Positions 12,001 through 25,700 of a stretch of DNA of 64,000 nt are shown here, one piece after another; positions within the stretch are counted from its first letter, which is position 1, and each line of letters starts with the position of its first letter. Under the pieces are notes generated by a model. It had not been told where the DNA came from. It saw nothing but the letters and a program-made list of their open reading frames with translations, and did no database searches. The DNA lies in NCBI GenBank assembly GCA_965112155.1, contig OZ218104.1; one strand, given 5' to 3'. The DNA comes from Podarcis liolepis. Taxonomy: Eukaryota. The position numbers and the translations under genes are program-made.

Positions 12001-15000
12001 CCTTTTACCGCCCAATTGCCGCATTCCCTTGTGGGCTACTCTTTCAAAGCTTGAGTGCTGGTGGTGAGCATTGTTGGAGGCAAAAGTACAAGGATGATGT
12101 ACAGCGATGATGATGATGATAATGGGCTGCATTCATACTATGCAAAAGCCACCGAATGCATTGTCTCCCAAGAGCAAAACAGTTTGATTCCTCTCTAAAT
12201 GACTCAGTAAGATGTTGCTTTTAAGTGTTTGCTCCTCTTCCTACAGGCAGTTGAAGGTTTGTTAGATGCCACCAGTGGTGCAGATGCTGACCTCCTCCTC
12301 CGCTACCGGGAATGTCACTTGCTTGTTTTAAAAGCACTGCAGGATGGGCGTGCTTATGGGTCTCCATGGTGCAACAAGCAGATTACAAGGTCAGTGATGA
12401 AAGAATAAAACTTTGAAGGCTGTAGAAGCTCTATTTAAATATGTTTATTTAAATATATTATGATTTTGGCCAACATAAGGATTTCACCTAGTAAGTTACT
12501 GCCCTGTATCCCACTCAGTTACATAATGAGTTGCATAAGTGCCATATGGATTCAGTAGTCAAGGGTTTGGGGCTTTCTCCTGAAATAGGATATTGGTGTG
12601 AGAATTAAGTTGGGTGATAAAAGAGGTAAACTACCATTCATGCAACTTAAACAAAACTGACCCCTTGTCTGGATTGAGAGTCTGGTGTGGCGGGGCTTAA
12701 AACATTTTTGTCCCGTCCCCCCATTGCAGTTTCTATTTGAATTGGAGAGCCTGCACCTGCTACCTTCATTCAGAGATCAATTTCCATTCATGCAGTGGAA
12801 GTTTCATTAAACTGTGGCAGGTGCAGGGGACATGAGCCGTGCTAGGGCCCCAATTCCTGCCCTATTTGCTTTTTTTTTTTTTTTTTTTTAGCCATTCACA
12901 CAATTGCTAGTTTAATCTAGTTTGGATCTAAAACTTGCAGTATGAATATTTTTCGATTCCTAAAATAGTTATTCTGTGACTTTGTGGTTTTACGTTGTTA
13001 AAAGCTGCTCCTAGCAATGTGGCTACAGTTTCTGGTTATTGTCTGTTGGTATTTACACATATAAGCTGTAAAAGAGGAAATAAAAAAGCCGGATAGAATT
13101 TATTTTACTTTATTTTGCTTTCCATGCGTTGTTGGTGTAGGACCCTAGAAGTGTATTGGCTTGCAGTTGGCTGTCATAATATGGATACAGGCAAGGGTTC
13201 ACCTTGCTGTTGTCAACATTTCAAGATGTTAGCTAATTCCTGTTTCCATTTCCAGAAACTAACCATTTAAAATAGATGATGCTCCTCTCCTAACCAACAA
13301 TCTTATGGAAAGCAATAGACTTAGATGTGAGGGTTTGGCACTCTAGATGGCTGCCTGTGCTGTTTCTGGTCTTTATGGGTCATTTGATCCTCAGAATTCT
13401 GACCAAGTGTTTGCAGCTAATTGTTCTCTTGGGCAAGTGTTTGGTTCACAAAATTTTCAGCAGTGGTGCTTTTGAGTTTTTCTACCCAGACCCCTTTCCC
13501 ATGCACTTCAAATTTGAGGTTTCCTGCTCTTGCCTCACATGCTTTCAGGTCATCAGAGGATAGGCATCTGATCTGCTGCTCCTGTCTGGAAAGGGTTTTT
13601 GTGTTCTCCATTTATGGAATTGCTAGTGGGTGGACAGTCTTTTGTAAATGGGGCAGCTGGACTTTAATCTGCTCCTTCATCTTCAGCTACGAAGTCTGTT
13701 GGCTTTCTTAACATGGGGCAGTTACAGTCAGCTGGTGTTTCTGAAATGAATGTGTGGAATAATTGGAGAGAAAGCTACCTCTCTGTGTGTTTTGAAACTT
13801 GAGACTGAGGAGAAAACAAAGTTAACACAAGAAAACATCTAATTTTTCCAGGTGCCTGATAGAATGTCGAGATGAATATAAATACAATGTAGAAGCAGTG
13901 GAGCTACTGATCCGTAACCACCTAGTTAACATGCAGCAGTATGACCTCCACCTGGCTCAGGTGAGAAACTGCCGCCAAGTTAGTTATTAAATCTCTGCTT
14001 ATGCTTTAGAAGGAAAACTGTTCACATTCTTGCCTTCTTTTTCTTGACAGTCAATGGAGAATGGCTTGAACTACATGGCAGTGGCATTTGCAATGCAGCT
14101 GGTGAAAATCCTCTTGGTGGATGAAAGAAGTGTGGCTCACATAACAGAAGCAGATCTGTTTCACACCATTGAAACTTTGATGAGAATTAATGCTCACTCC
14201 AGAGGGAATGCACCAGAAGGGTAATGTTAAGAGTGTTGAGTGCCAGTGAAGGAATGTTTCCTGCTAGTGCAAGTTTGGCAATGATGATGATGTGAGGCTC
14301 TGCCATTCCTGTCCACTCTTTTTACATTGTGGGATCACCTGTGTAATACCTACTGTGCTTCAGAGTGCCATCCCCCACCCAGTCCTGAATCTCCATTTTT
14401 AATGAACTATGTAGAGTGTAATCTACAAAATACAAGCCTGCATTAACCATTGTTTAGTTTTCTATTTAATCCAGGCACAACTTTGATTTATTATGGGCCA
14501 TTGCACATTTACTTCCAATTTAGAATCATACTACATATTTGGAAGTACCATGTGATATGTCTTTTGAGACTGTTGCCACTTTAGCAACAATAGTCAGGGG
14601 AGATTTGAATACTCTTCCACATCAGAAACTTGGTGAACATATAAAAAAATTGCCACCTTGGGGAAAAGACTAGAATCCCTTTCTCTAGTTTGCAGTTTTC
14701 CAGTGTTTAGGGAGTTGCACGTATTGAGGAACATTCAGACATGGATTCTCCCACCTACTTTCTCAAATTGCCATCTGAATATGTAATTCAGAACTTAAGT
14801 TTGCTGCAGGCAGGACTGACATGCCTTTTTAGTCCTGCAGTGTTAGGCATGGTTTTGTGGAAGCACGCCCTAATGTGACACCTTCAAATCTTCATTCTGG
14901 AAGGTAGTGATGATTACACTGAGGGTGTAATAATAAGTGACAGATCAAAGGTTTTGAAAAGCAATATACCCCCCATCTCTGAAGCACTTGTAGTCCACTC

Positions 15001-18000
15001 TCCTAGATGTCTTGGGCTGAAGGACAGAGGACGTTCTTTTCTGTTCTTGCCCAACTACAGCAGATCCATTCCCTAATGCCAGGCACTAGACTAGGTCACC
15101 TCACTTTTTATCTCCAAATGTATCTGGCAGTAATAGGGTGCAGTTCATTCAGATTCTTACTGTGTTTCTTTGAAGCTTTTGTCATGGAGCCGTTGTGGGT
15201 TAGTGGATGGCATGTTGGACTTAAATCTAGGCGACTTTGGTTCAAAGGTCTGCTGAACCAAGATGCCAACTGGGCTCCCAACTCTTGCCCCTAAACCATG
15301 TCATAGTTTTGGTTGCAATAATATAATAACATCTCATATGCTATCTCTGTGGAACAAGGATGTGATGCAAATGTTTGAAATACAATGCTGTTTATTGTGG
15401 GGTATTTTTTTAAAATTATGCACATAGCACAAGTAATCTAAACCCAAGCATGTTCGTTCTGGATCTCTCATAGGTTGCCCCAGCTGATGGAAGTGGTACG
15501 GTCCAACTATGAAGCCATGATTGACCGTGCTCATGGAGGGCCAAATTTCATGATGCATTCTGGGATCTCTCAGGCCTCTGAGTATGATGATCCCCCTGGC
15601 CTGAGGGAGAAGGCAGAATATCTCCTGAGGGAGTGGGTGAATCTCTACCACTCTGCAGCAGCTGGGCGTGACAGCACCAAAGCATTCTCTGCATTTGTTG
15701 GACAGGTAGAGCTTGGGGAAAGAAAGGTGCTTTTTATTCAACATAAGTAGGTTATGATGCCCTTGGATCAAGTAGAGTACTATGTAATATTGATTTCCCC
15801 TTTTTAAAAATTCCACTTTGCATAATGGCAGTACGTGCAACATGTCGTATCAGTGTAGAGAAACGTGTTAGTAAATGGTTGTTTGTTTGTGCTAGCCAGT
15901 ATCATGATGCTGGGGGCTCTCCACTGCATCCACTAGGAGGTTGTGTTCTTTAAATGAAGAAAGACCTGGCTGAGGGGGACTGCATGCTGTGGGGCAGTGG
16001 TCAGCAAGGAAAAGATTCCCAGTGCCCCACAGAGCTCTTTGGCTTTCTCAGGGTCGAGGATGTGTCCTTGCTCTGAGGAGAGAAACCTAAGAAGCTAGAG
16101 CAGAGCACGTACCTGAGCAGCAGCTGCCACCGCCAGTGGGCACCTCTTGCAGCTCTTGACAGTCCCGAGGGTCTTCCACTCATTTATTTTGTGCCCAAAG
16201 GAAGCAGCTGCTCTTCTGAAGGCAGATGTAGAGGTCATGTGGGATATGCTCCAAGGAGAATCCCTGTGCCCTCTGGGTGTGGCCTTGGGTCAGCCACCTT
16301 GAAGGGGAGGGTGACTGCCACCAGCCAGGTATGGCCACTGCTTGTACACTACTTAATGCAGTTTCCTTAACTCAGTTTCCTTCCCCCCCCCCCCAGGTGA
16401 CTCTGTGTTACAGATGTTAGAGAGGTGTTTGCAAAAGCTAGAATCTCTTTACATATGTAGGCGTGGAATATGGCAAGCAGTTTGCCAGTTTTTTACTTCG
16501 CTACCACAGTCGTCCTTCAGGGGTGCCAAAACTTTGCTTCCTTATTTAAGTTGCATTTCAAGTAGCCACTCCACTGCCTGCTTGCATATGTGAATAAAGT
16601 AAATTGCAGGTCCTCTTCCAGATAGAAATATATTTATTAAGACTGCAGAAACAGTGGTACTTGCCATTAAAATTTTGCCTTATTGGTGTATGGAGCACTT
16701 TGAAAACAGTGGCTATGAAAACTATTCAGTACTATGAGGACAGCAAAATTTCACATGCCTTTCCCCCCAGATCCCGAGACAGCTACCCGAAAAAGTTGCA
16801 GTGTCTCTGAAATGCAACATAATTTGCCTAAATAATGCACAAGTAAAACCGATAAAGATGTGGAGGGAATAAACTGAAAATCAGGTCTGCCTTCAGTGTT
16901 ACGCTGACCCCTGCAAAATGCCAGAGTGAATGGATCACTGATGAATGGAACCCTGTTGTTCAGTGGCAGAATTTTCTGTTCATATTTGCCACTTTAGTTG
17001 CTCTGCATTCTAGAGATTATTGCTTATGAAAAGCGTTTTGAATTCTTTCATAATGAGAATTTCATCCTGAATAACCATTGCTTTAAAAATTGTGATATCA
17101 GATTTTGCAAGTGACTGAAATACCTATTGACAGTCTACCTATGAAACCGACAGGAGTAGCAATCCATTCTCATGGGCCTATGTTCCTAAGAGGGGTAGTC
17201 TTAACCCTCCTACACCATGTAGCTTCCCTGCCTAGAATTTCACTTCACTACTTTTGCTGAGCACTTTTCTCCTATCCTCATGTGGAAGGGACCATTCACT
17301 TCTGCATCCTAGTCTAGCAGTGTGTCCCTGAAGGAGAAGCATGACTAGTTGGACCTGTCAACACTGCAGAATTGATGTGTGGTATTCTGCATAAAGTACA
17401 GCTTCCATAGTTCCAGCCTACTCTGGAATGGTATGGCTCCTTCATATTCCAGTGTTTTGGAATGTACTCTAGAAACCTTGAGAGAAGGAGATTGTCTCTT
17501 GCACTTAATTCCTGTTTTCAATGTCACCCAGAGGGTATTCCACCTACTATTGTTTCCTGTGGGCGAAGCTTTGCTCTGAGGCTTCTGCCTCACTGCACAG
17601 ATGGGGAGCTGCTCCTCGTGTTTTTGCTGCATGTGTGCTTGGGTTATTGCATACAGGTTGTTGGTTCTTTTATTTTAAGGCATTTAGAGTTTATTTCTGC
17701 TCTGCCAGTCCAGTCTAGGAAGATCAAGATGATGGCCCTGTCTGTTGCTCCAGGCGGAGGTGCTATCCCACTGGTTGGGAATGCCCTCCATGAGAAGCAG
17801 AACAGGAATTCACAGTAAGAAATGTCCCTTTCTGCATATAGCATGCAGCATCAGTAACGCCTACATACAGAGGCAACATGGGTGTCATGTTTACTTCCTT
17901 GCCAGCATAGTTTCCTTTTCCACCTGGTTTCTGGATGTAGACATTACCAGTGTGGTGTGGGACCTGATTACATAGAAATGATCTTACGCTGCTTATGGTT

Positions 18001-21000
18001 GGTAATGTAGGAATTGACCCTAAGAAGCATCACCAGCCTTTTCTTGATGCCAAACTGCAGTGTTACAGTCTAGCCCACTTGCTTTCCAGCATGTCTAGAT
18101 AGAACATTACTAGCTTGATTTTAGAAAAAAGAGGAGTTCTTTAGGTCTGAGTCTACCTTTTCCCCCATTATAGATGCATCAGCAAGGAATCCTGAAAACT
18201 GATGATTTGATCACACGATTCTTCCGTCTTTGCACTGAAATGTGTGTTGAGATCAGCTATCGTGCTCAAGCTGAGCAGCAGCACAACCCGGCTGCCAATC
18301 CCACCATGATCCGTGCCAAGTGTTACCACAACCTGGATGCCTTTGTGCGCCTCATTGCACTGCTGGTGAAGCACTCTGGGGAGGCCACCAACACGGTCAC
18401 CAAGATCAACTTGCTCAACAAGGTTGGGAGCACCCTTCCCTGCCCCCAGTACCCATCTGTCTTGGGTTTAGCTGGTTGGGAGAATGGGTAGTATACTTTA
18501 GAATTGTGATGACTGAGGCTGGTGGGAGTTGTAGTCCATGGGGCCAGGTTGGCAAAGGTTTCCTTATTAAATGAATGGGAACTGGTGCAGCATGTTTTTT
18601 TACTAACACAGACTAGGAGTTCCATGTTTTAAAATCGTGATCCATCTATGGATGGTGTTTGGCAGGCGATTGCCTCCTCTGTAAAAGGGATCCTTAGCTA
18701 CATTGTAAAAAATGTCAGTGTACTATGCAGGATGTACTTGGAGCACTTAGGAAAAGCATTACATAAATCTGAATAAGGGTTTGAGATGTGCATATTTCTT
18801 GTTCACTTACATGTGAAAGGGCAGAAAACATTATTGTAAAGTTGCAGTCAAGATCGCCAGTTTGTTGTATTGTCTTCAAAAAATACTGAGTATGTGCATG
18901 AATTCCAGTTGGCATTGCAGTAATTATAAGCATACATAAAAGTTGCATTCTGAGCGCCTTGCCTTTTTACCTCTAGGTTCTTGGGATAGTTGTGGGAGTC
19001 CTTTTGCAGGATCATGATGTTCGTCAAAGTGAATTCCAGCAGCTTCCCTACCACCGCATTTTCATCATGTTGCTGTTAGAATTAAATGCTCCTGAGCATG
19101 TCCTGGAAACCATAAACTTTCAGACACTCACAGCCTTCTGGTAGGTATCATTTAATTGACTAGAGGACACTTTGGTTATTTTCAAACTCTACAGTTCTGT
19201 GATTTGCATTGAGTCTACACCAGTTCACTTTAGTTAACTCTAATTTTGTGTAATTTTAAATATGTTGATAGACTTGGGGTGTATTTTCGTTACTGGAATA
19301 ATTGCACATTAAGAAAATTTGTGGGCATATGTGAGATTCTTTCTGTATGCGACTGTTCTCTAGTGTATGGAACCAATGCTTCTCAGCCTCTTGGTGTGAG
19401 GGAAGGGTTTTTATACTGCTCTGTCTTAATCTCTGTGCAGTCCCACATTGGGATCTGCAGCTGTGGAGCTGGATTTAGAACATTCTAGAGCTTTAGCCAG
19501 ACTCAATCCCTGGTCAAGTTGGGACATTGATCCTGTGTTCCACTCAGGAGTGGTGCTATTCTAGTTGTACAGACTGCCATCTGGACACCTATGGGAATTT
19601 ATGGCAACTAAAACGCTCCTTTACTTTAGTGGATCTGTTTATTAAAACTGTGATTCCTATATGATACATTATTGTCTTGGATCTTAATTATGCATCTTTT
19701 ACTACATTTGAATGGCTTGGGGCCACCAACATTCCTTGGAGAAATATTTGATGCAAATGGCAAACTTGCTTGTACAGTTTTATAAAATCCAGATTTTTGG
19801 CATTAAATGCAGTGGAAGGAATAAGTTGTAGTTTGATGGCTTTGGAATTGTTGGGCAGGAGACAGAGGGGCTTTACAGAAGGGCATTACGACTACCCATA
19901 GGCCACTGGGAATTCTGCCTTCAAGGCAGATGCAACCCTGGGGGTGGGCAGGGAGATTTAAATCTCCTAGTATAGTGCCATAGAACAAATCATATCCTCC
20001 CCGATCATCAGCTTGAACATTTGATGTGCAGGAAGGAGCTGATAACCTGCCCTTTTCATCTGATCGGCATGAGTCAGCTGGAGGTTCACAAACACCCACT
20101 GCTGCTGGCATTCGGCCCTGTAGGGTTAGCCAAGAGTGAATGCTGGCTCTTGGTCCTTAAATCATTTAACCACCTCTGCCTGATTTAGACTTCAAGGATG
20201 GTCTTAGTTCATTGCAGATTCTTGGCAGTGCTTTAAACAAATCTGACACAAAGCTTGTGTTGTATGTTTTTATTTCAGTAACACATTTCACATCCTGAGA
20301 CCTACAAAAGCTCCAGGTTTTGTTTATGCTTGGCTAGAATTGATCTCCCATCGGATATTTATTGCAAGAATGCTGGCACATACACCACAGCAGAAGGTGT
20401 GGCTGCAGTTTATCTTCTGTAACTTACGAAGCTTCCAAAGGGAATAAGGATGCATCTTGGTTTGCAGGTTTTGTTTAACTAGAATGACTTTATGCCATTT
20501 AAATTTCTGATGTCTGCTTTTAAGGTCTTTACCGTATTCCCACAACATAGCTGCTAAGAGTTGATTACCTGAAGAGGTCCAGAAACCTCAGCAGGACGGA
20601 TTAAAAATGGGATTTTAATCCTCATCCCTTAAAAAACCCAGCCTGGTAAAATTCAGTCTGAATACAAGAATGTTAAACCTTCACTTTTAACCCTTAAAAT
20701 TCATCCTTCAGTCAAATACACTGGCTGCCTTTGCATGGAACACTAGATCCCGGAGTGTGCTTTAAAGCAAACCATGGTTAATTAAGCAGGCCAACTTTAT
20801 AACCTGTGGCTTGAAGTTGATTTGTTTTGAAACTTAGCAGTGTTTTAAACCTAGATTCCTATTTCACACATAACTCTTAAGTTTTGTAAAAGTGAAAACT
20901 ATACCCTGCCAGCCTCCCAGCTGCGTGGGAGAAGGAAGTAGGAGAAATATGGTTATATGCTACAATTGTTATGAGCTTGGTAGTGTGGTTGCAGTGGTGG

Positions 21001-22744
21001 TGGTGAGTGAGGCTCGACATATCATGGCATGTACTGGGATCCAGTGCTTGTCTCGGTAGGATGTGATCCAGTATTATTGCTAGGAGGGCCTTCCTTCCAC
21101 TAGTTCTACTTGTGTGACCTTGACTAAAGTGCATATTTTATGTACTTTTTATCTGAGTTGTGGGATTATCTCAGTTCTCAATTTAAGAATACCCTTCCTC
21201 TCTGTTAAAAAAAGGACAGTACTTTTTAATCTTCTGAAAATAAACTGTTCTGCCTATTAATTACCAGCCCTTGCTTCTGAAAATGCTTGGCCCTTTAGTT
21301 GTCTCTGAGCAGACAAAGACAGTGGTGCAGAGATACATGAGCTGCAATGGACAAGTTCCCTATTTTGTTTCTAGGCAGGGGCAAGGGAGGAGGATTGTGC
21401 AGTGTAAGAGAAAGAGAGGTTAAGGTTATTTTCTATTTAAAATGAATATTTAAATCAGTTTACTCCAGCAGCCATAGATGTTAAACAGAAGTTTGAAATA
21501 ACTTGCAAGGAACCATTTGCAGCCTTGTAGGTTGTATCAAACTTCTGAGAGTCCACAGCTGCACTGTATTGGGGCAGATGTGACCAAGTCTTTCCAGTAA
21601 ATCTCACTCATTCTTCCATTTCCCTTAAGTCCAGAATTCAACCCCTACAGTTCCCCTTATTGTACATAAGTGGCTGGTTTCACTATGGATTTCATATTTC
21701 AGGTAGCCCTGACAGATTAAAGAATAATGTAGTATACTGCTTTGTAACATGCAAGTTGTTAGTTCTACCAACAATGTTAAATGGGATCCAGTTCAGACAT
21801 TATAGTAAATATATTAGCAAATATCACATAACTCTTATCATGTAAATTCTCTTTCCAGGGGTGGCCTATGTATGCTCAGCTGTTGATAGATCTGTTTAAA
21901 TATTTGGCTCCTTTCCTGAGGAATGTGGAACTTGCCAAACCTATGCAAATTCTGTACAAGGTAAGTAGAATTTAGAATAGAGCAGAAGAGAATTTGTTAC
22001 AATTCAGTGATGGTCTGGATTATTTTCCCAGCACAATTGTAGCTACACAGTAAAGTTCAAATCATACAGCCCTTTTCCATGGGATTGTGGATGAGGAAAT
22101 TGACCTGCGTGTGTAAAAAGTGTGTCACCAACATGAAACATTTGGAAAGCTCTGATAATAGTGTTGGCTGAGATGTTTTGCATAGATTTAGCATAGATAC
22201 TTAGTTCTCTTTCCCCCCGTTTTTTGGTAGGGTACTCTGCGTGTGTTGTTGGTCCTGTTACATGACTTCCCAGAATTCCTCTGTGACTACCACTATGGTT
22301 TCTGCGATGTGATTCCTCCAAACTGTATTCAGCTAAGGAATCTGATATTGAGTGCCTTCCCACGTAATATGAGGCTTCCAGATCCATTCACTCCCAACCT
22401 TAAGGTAATGTACAAGGCCTGATTTGTATGAGACCTCATGTGTTGAAGCACCTGAGATTGTGCAATGGTGTTGATGCTTTTGCATAAACAACTATGTCAG
22501 TAAGACCCTAGTGGGTCAGCTTGACCTGCTTTGATGAAACAGGGTAGCCAATATAATGCCCTCCTGATGTTGGACTCCAACTCCTGTTGGCCCCAACTAG
22601 AAGGCTAGTGCTTAAAGATGACAGGAGTTGTAGTCCATCAACATCTGAAGGGCACCCCATTAGCTACCCCCAGCCTTAGGGAAGCTGTTTATAACACTGA
22701 ACCACCCCAGGTGGGGAATGTCATTGTGAACTCCTGGTCTTGGA

Positions 22745-22790
<46 letters not shown>

Positions 22791-25700
22791 TTTATTATTA
22801 TTATTTATATCCCGCCCTCCCCAGCCGAAGCCGGGCTCAGGGCGGCTAACAACAATAAAACAGTACAAAAGTACAGCATAAACAACACTCTAAAATCATT
22901 CATTATAAAATTAATTAATTCAAGCCACTGGCATGAATTAGAGCATTCTGTCCTGGAACATACATGGCAGTCGCTGCTTAGTAGTAAAGATGCACTTGAA
23001 CTTTGGCATCTGTTCCAGCATATCAGTTTGCTTATGCTACATCTATACCTGAGTCCCTCCTTTGTGTGCCACCACCATGAGAGATCCAGAGGGTGTTAAC
23101 AGGAGAAGGGGCCTTTTCTGCGGTGCCTTTCTGCTTGTGGGATGCTCTCCACAGGGAAGCTCGCCTGGCACCATCATAACATATATTTAAACACCAAGGA
23201 AAAACCTTTCCTCTGTAACCAGCCTTTTGGCCCTTAACTATCTGTGGCCTTCTAGAATTGGGCAGGATGTTTTCAATGTCTGTCCTCCCCACTGGTTTTA
23301 ATATATTTAATATATTGATGTGGGGTGGTTTTTTTGGTTGGTTGGTTGTAAGTCGCTTTGGTTTGCATTGGGCAAGATAAAGCAGCTGTCACATTTAAGA
23401 TCATGGTGGTGGTGGTGGTGATACAAGAGTGATACTCAGTCTTCCCTGTGGACTTCAGATGGGTAACAGCTGAATGGTAGAAAATAACGTTAGGATGCTT
23501 CTTTGTGCTTAACAGGTGGACATGTTGAGTGAGATTAATATTGCTCCACGGATACTCACCAATTTCACTGGAGTGATGCCACCTCAGTTCAAAAAGGATT
23601 TGGATTCCTACCTCAAAACCCGTTCTCCAGTCACGTTCCTGTCCGACTTGCGTAGCAACTTGCAGGTGAGGGGCTTACTAAAAAATCAGATTGAGGAAGA
23701 GAGCTGGGAGTGGAGGTTAGCATGCAGTCCTGTGTCTGCTGTGTCTTTTGTTCCAAAACAGGCTTTTAGGTCCTCTGTCTAAAGCAGGGCTCATCAACCT
23801 TATTTGGGGCTGTGGGCAGTTCTGGAATTTTGAGTGTGTCATTCTTTTACTCCTCCCCAAACAGAGATTTTCTTTACTTTTTGGGGGGGATATTTGGGTA
23901 AAAATGAGATCCAATAGGCTTAAAATGGATCTTCTTGAATTTGCAGAGTTTTACATGGAGTCCCTTAAAAATAACTATCAGATTGAGGCTTACAGTGGTG
24001 GACCCACAGTAAAAATCATAGATCTGGTGCTTGCCAGATGCATAGTTTAGTCATCAGAGAGGAAAGATCCCAGTTCAGCCCTGATCCCACTGCAGAATGT
24101 GTCATACATCAACCCCGCTTAAAGAGACATAAATTAGAAAAAGATCAGTTTTACCTGGCCCAGATAATGCATCCTGATGGAGCTGTGGGTCTGTGTTTAG
24201 CAATTTTTAGTATATTGTAATGCATTTATGTTTTAAAAACTAGTACCTAGTTGGGGATGGATTGTGCAGCAGCAGTGATAGAGGAGATAAGAGAAGCCTG
24301 CCTGCTGTTAAAGCTAATGGCTTTGGCAGACCTTTTAGTGAGTTATACTCTGCAGTTTAAACATTCGTAATCACATAATATATTTTCTTCACGGCTCTTT
24401 GTCTCGGAGGTCCAAGGCAGTGATTTTGCCTCTTTTATGTTCACCCCACTAGGTATCAAATGAGCCTGGCAATCGCTACAATATCCAGCTGATAAATGCC
24501 CTGGTGCTGTATGTAGGTACTCAAGCTATTGCACATATTCACAACAAAGGCAGCACTCCTTCCATGAGCACCATCACCCACTCTGCTCACATGGATATCT
24601 TCCAGAATCTTGCTGTTGACCTGGACACAGAAGGTAAAAAAGGAAGCTTGATAGTACTTCAAATCAGCTAGCCTAATGTTAAATCAGATGCAAGAGGTTT
24701 ATCTCTAGGTCTTTGGCTGTGGGGGAAAAAGAGCCTGGGAAATCAACCTGGTGAGGTCAGACATAAATACTGCATAATTGATAATGTGCTAGCCTTACAA
24801 TTGATACTGGACTTCAGAGGCTAGCTGATAATTGCAGGTATTGGCGTTCTATGACAGAATCAATCCTGCATCTCACTATTTACATGGATAATACTTTGCT
24901 TTAATTTGGCCAGGTTGTACCTTAAAATATTGTTAGATTTTAGAAATTATGTTTAAAATATTCCACAACTAATATAGAGAAAGGGTTTATTTAGTTCCAT
25001 CTAAGAGGTGGGGAACTTCTTTGAACTTCTATTCCGAGGGCCAAATGTGGTCATCCAGACCTCATCACTCTCCACCCCCAGCCCAGGCCATGTCCCACAC
25101 TCCTTGGTTGAGTTTGCCAGCTTGGACTGTGTCCTTGAACTGTGATGATGCCTCTCACTTGACTGTATGGAGAACAGAGTTAGTTGTATGTATCTGTAAA
25201 AACCAGTTACTTTTACATAGCTGGAATGTAGCTTAATGTCAAATCAGTTGCTTTTGCTTCTGATTCCACCCCTGGCATGTGGCCTCCAGGCTGCAAAATG
25301 TTGCCCGCGCCCCTTGTGTAAGCCAACAGGTTTATGAAAATGAATTACAAACTAGGAAACTTTGAGAAGTGAGCCTGGGAAATTCATGTCAACTCGTGGC
25401 AGCACCCATTTAATTAACCTTCCTGACTTTTGGGCATAACTCTTGGAACTAACAAATTAGCCAGGCAAGGACTGTTGATTTCCTTTGTGTTTAAGAGAAT
25501 CTAACTATTTACCTTTTTTGTGTCCCAGGTCGGTACCTCTTCCTAAATGCAATTGCCAATCAGTTACGGTACCCAAACAGTCATACTCACTATTTCAGCT
25601 GCACCATGCTTTACCTGTTTGCAGAGGCCAACACTGAAGCTATTCAAGAACAAATCACCAGGTAAGAGATCTAAGGAGTCTAAAACAATCCCTACATTGC

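Noticed and set aside
15334-15843. 169-aa antisense ORF, and other antisense ORFs over CNOT1 exons
   Set aside because: Shadow frames of real exons.
20565-20600. CTGAAGA...GAAAC hammerhead-like motif
   Set aside because: No formable stem II or stem I; chance match. The same applies to CTGATGA near 292.
22740-23099. Poly-Ile ORF
   Set aside because: Translation of an (AAT)n microsatellite.
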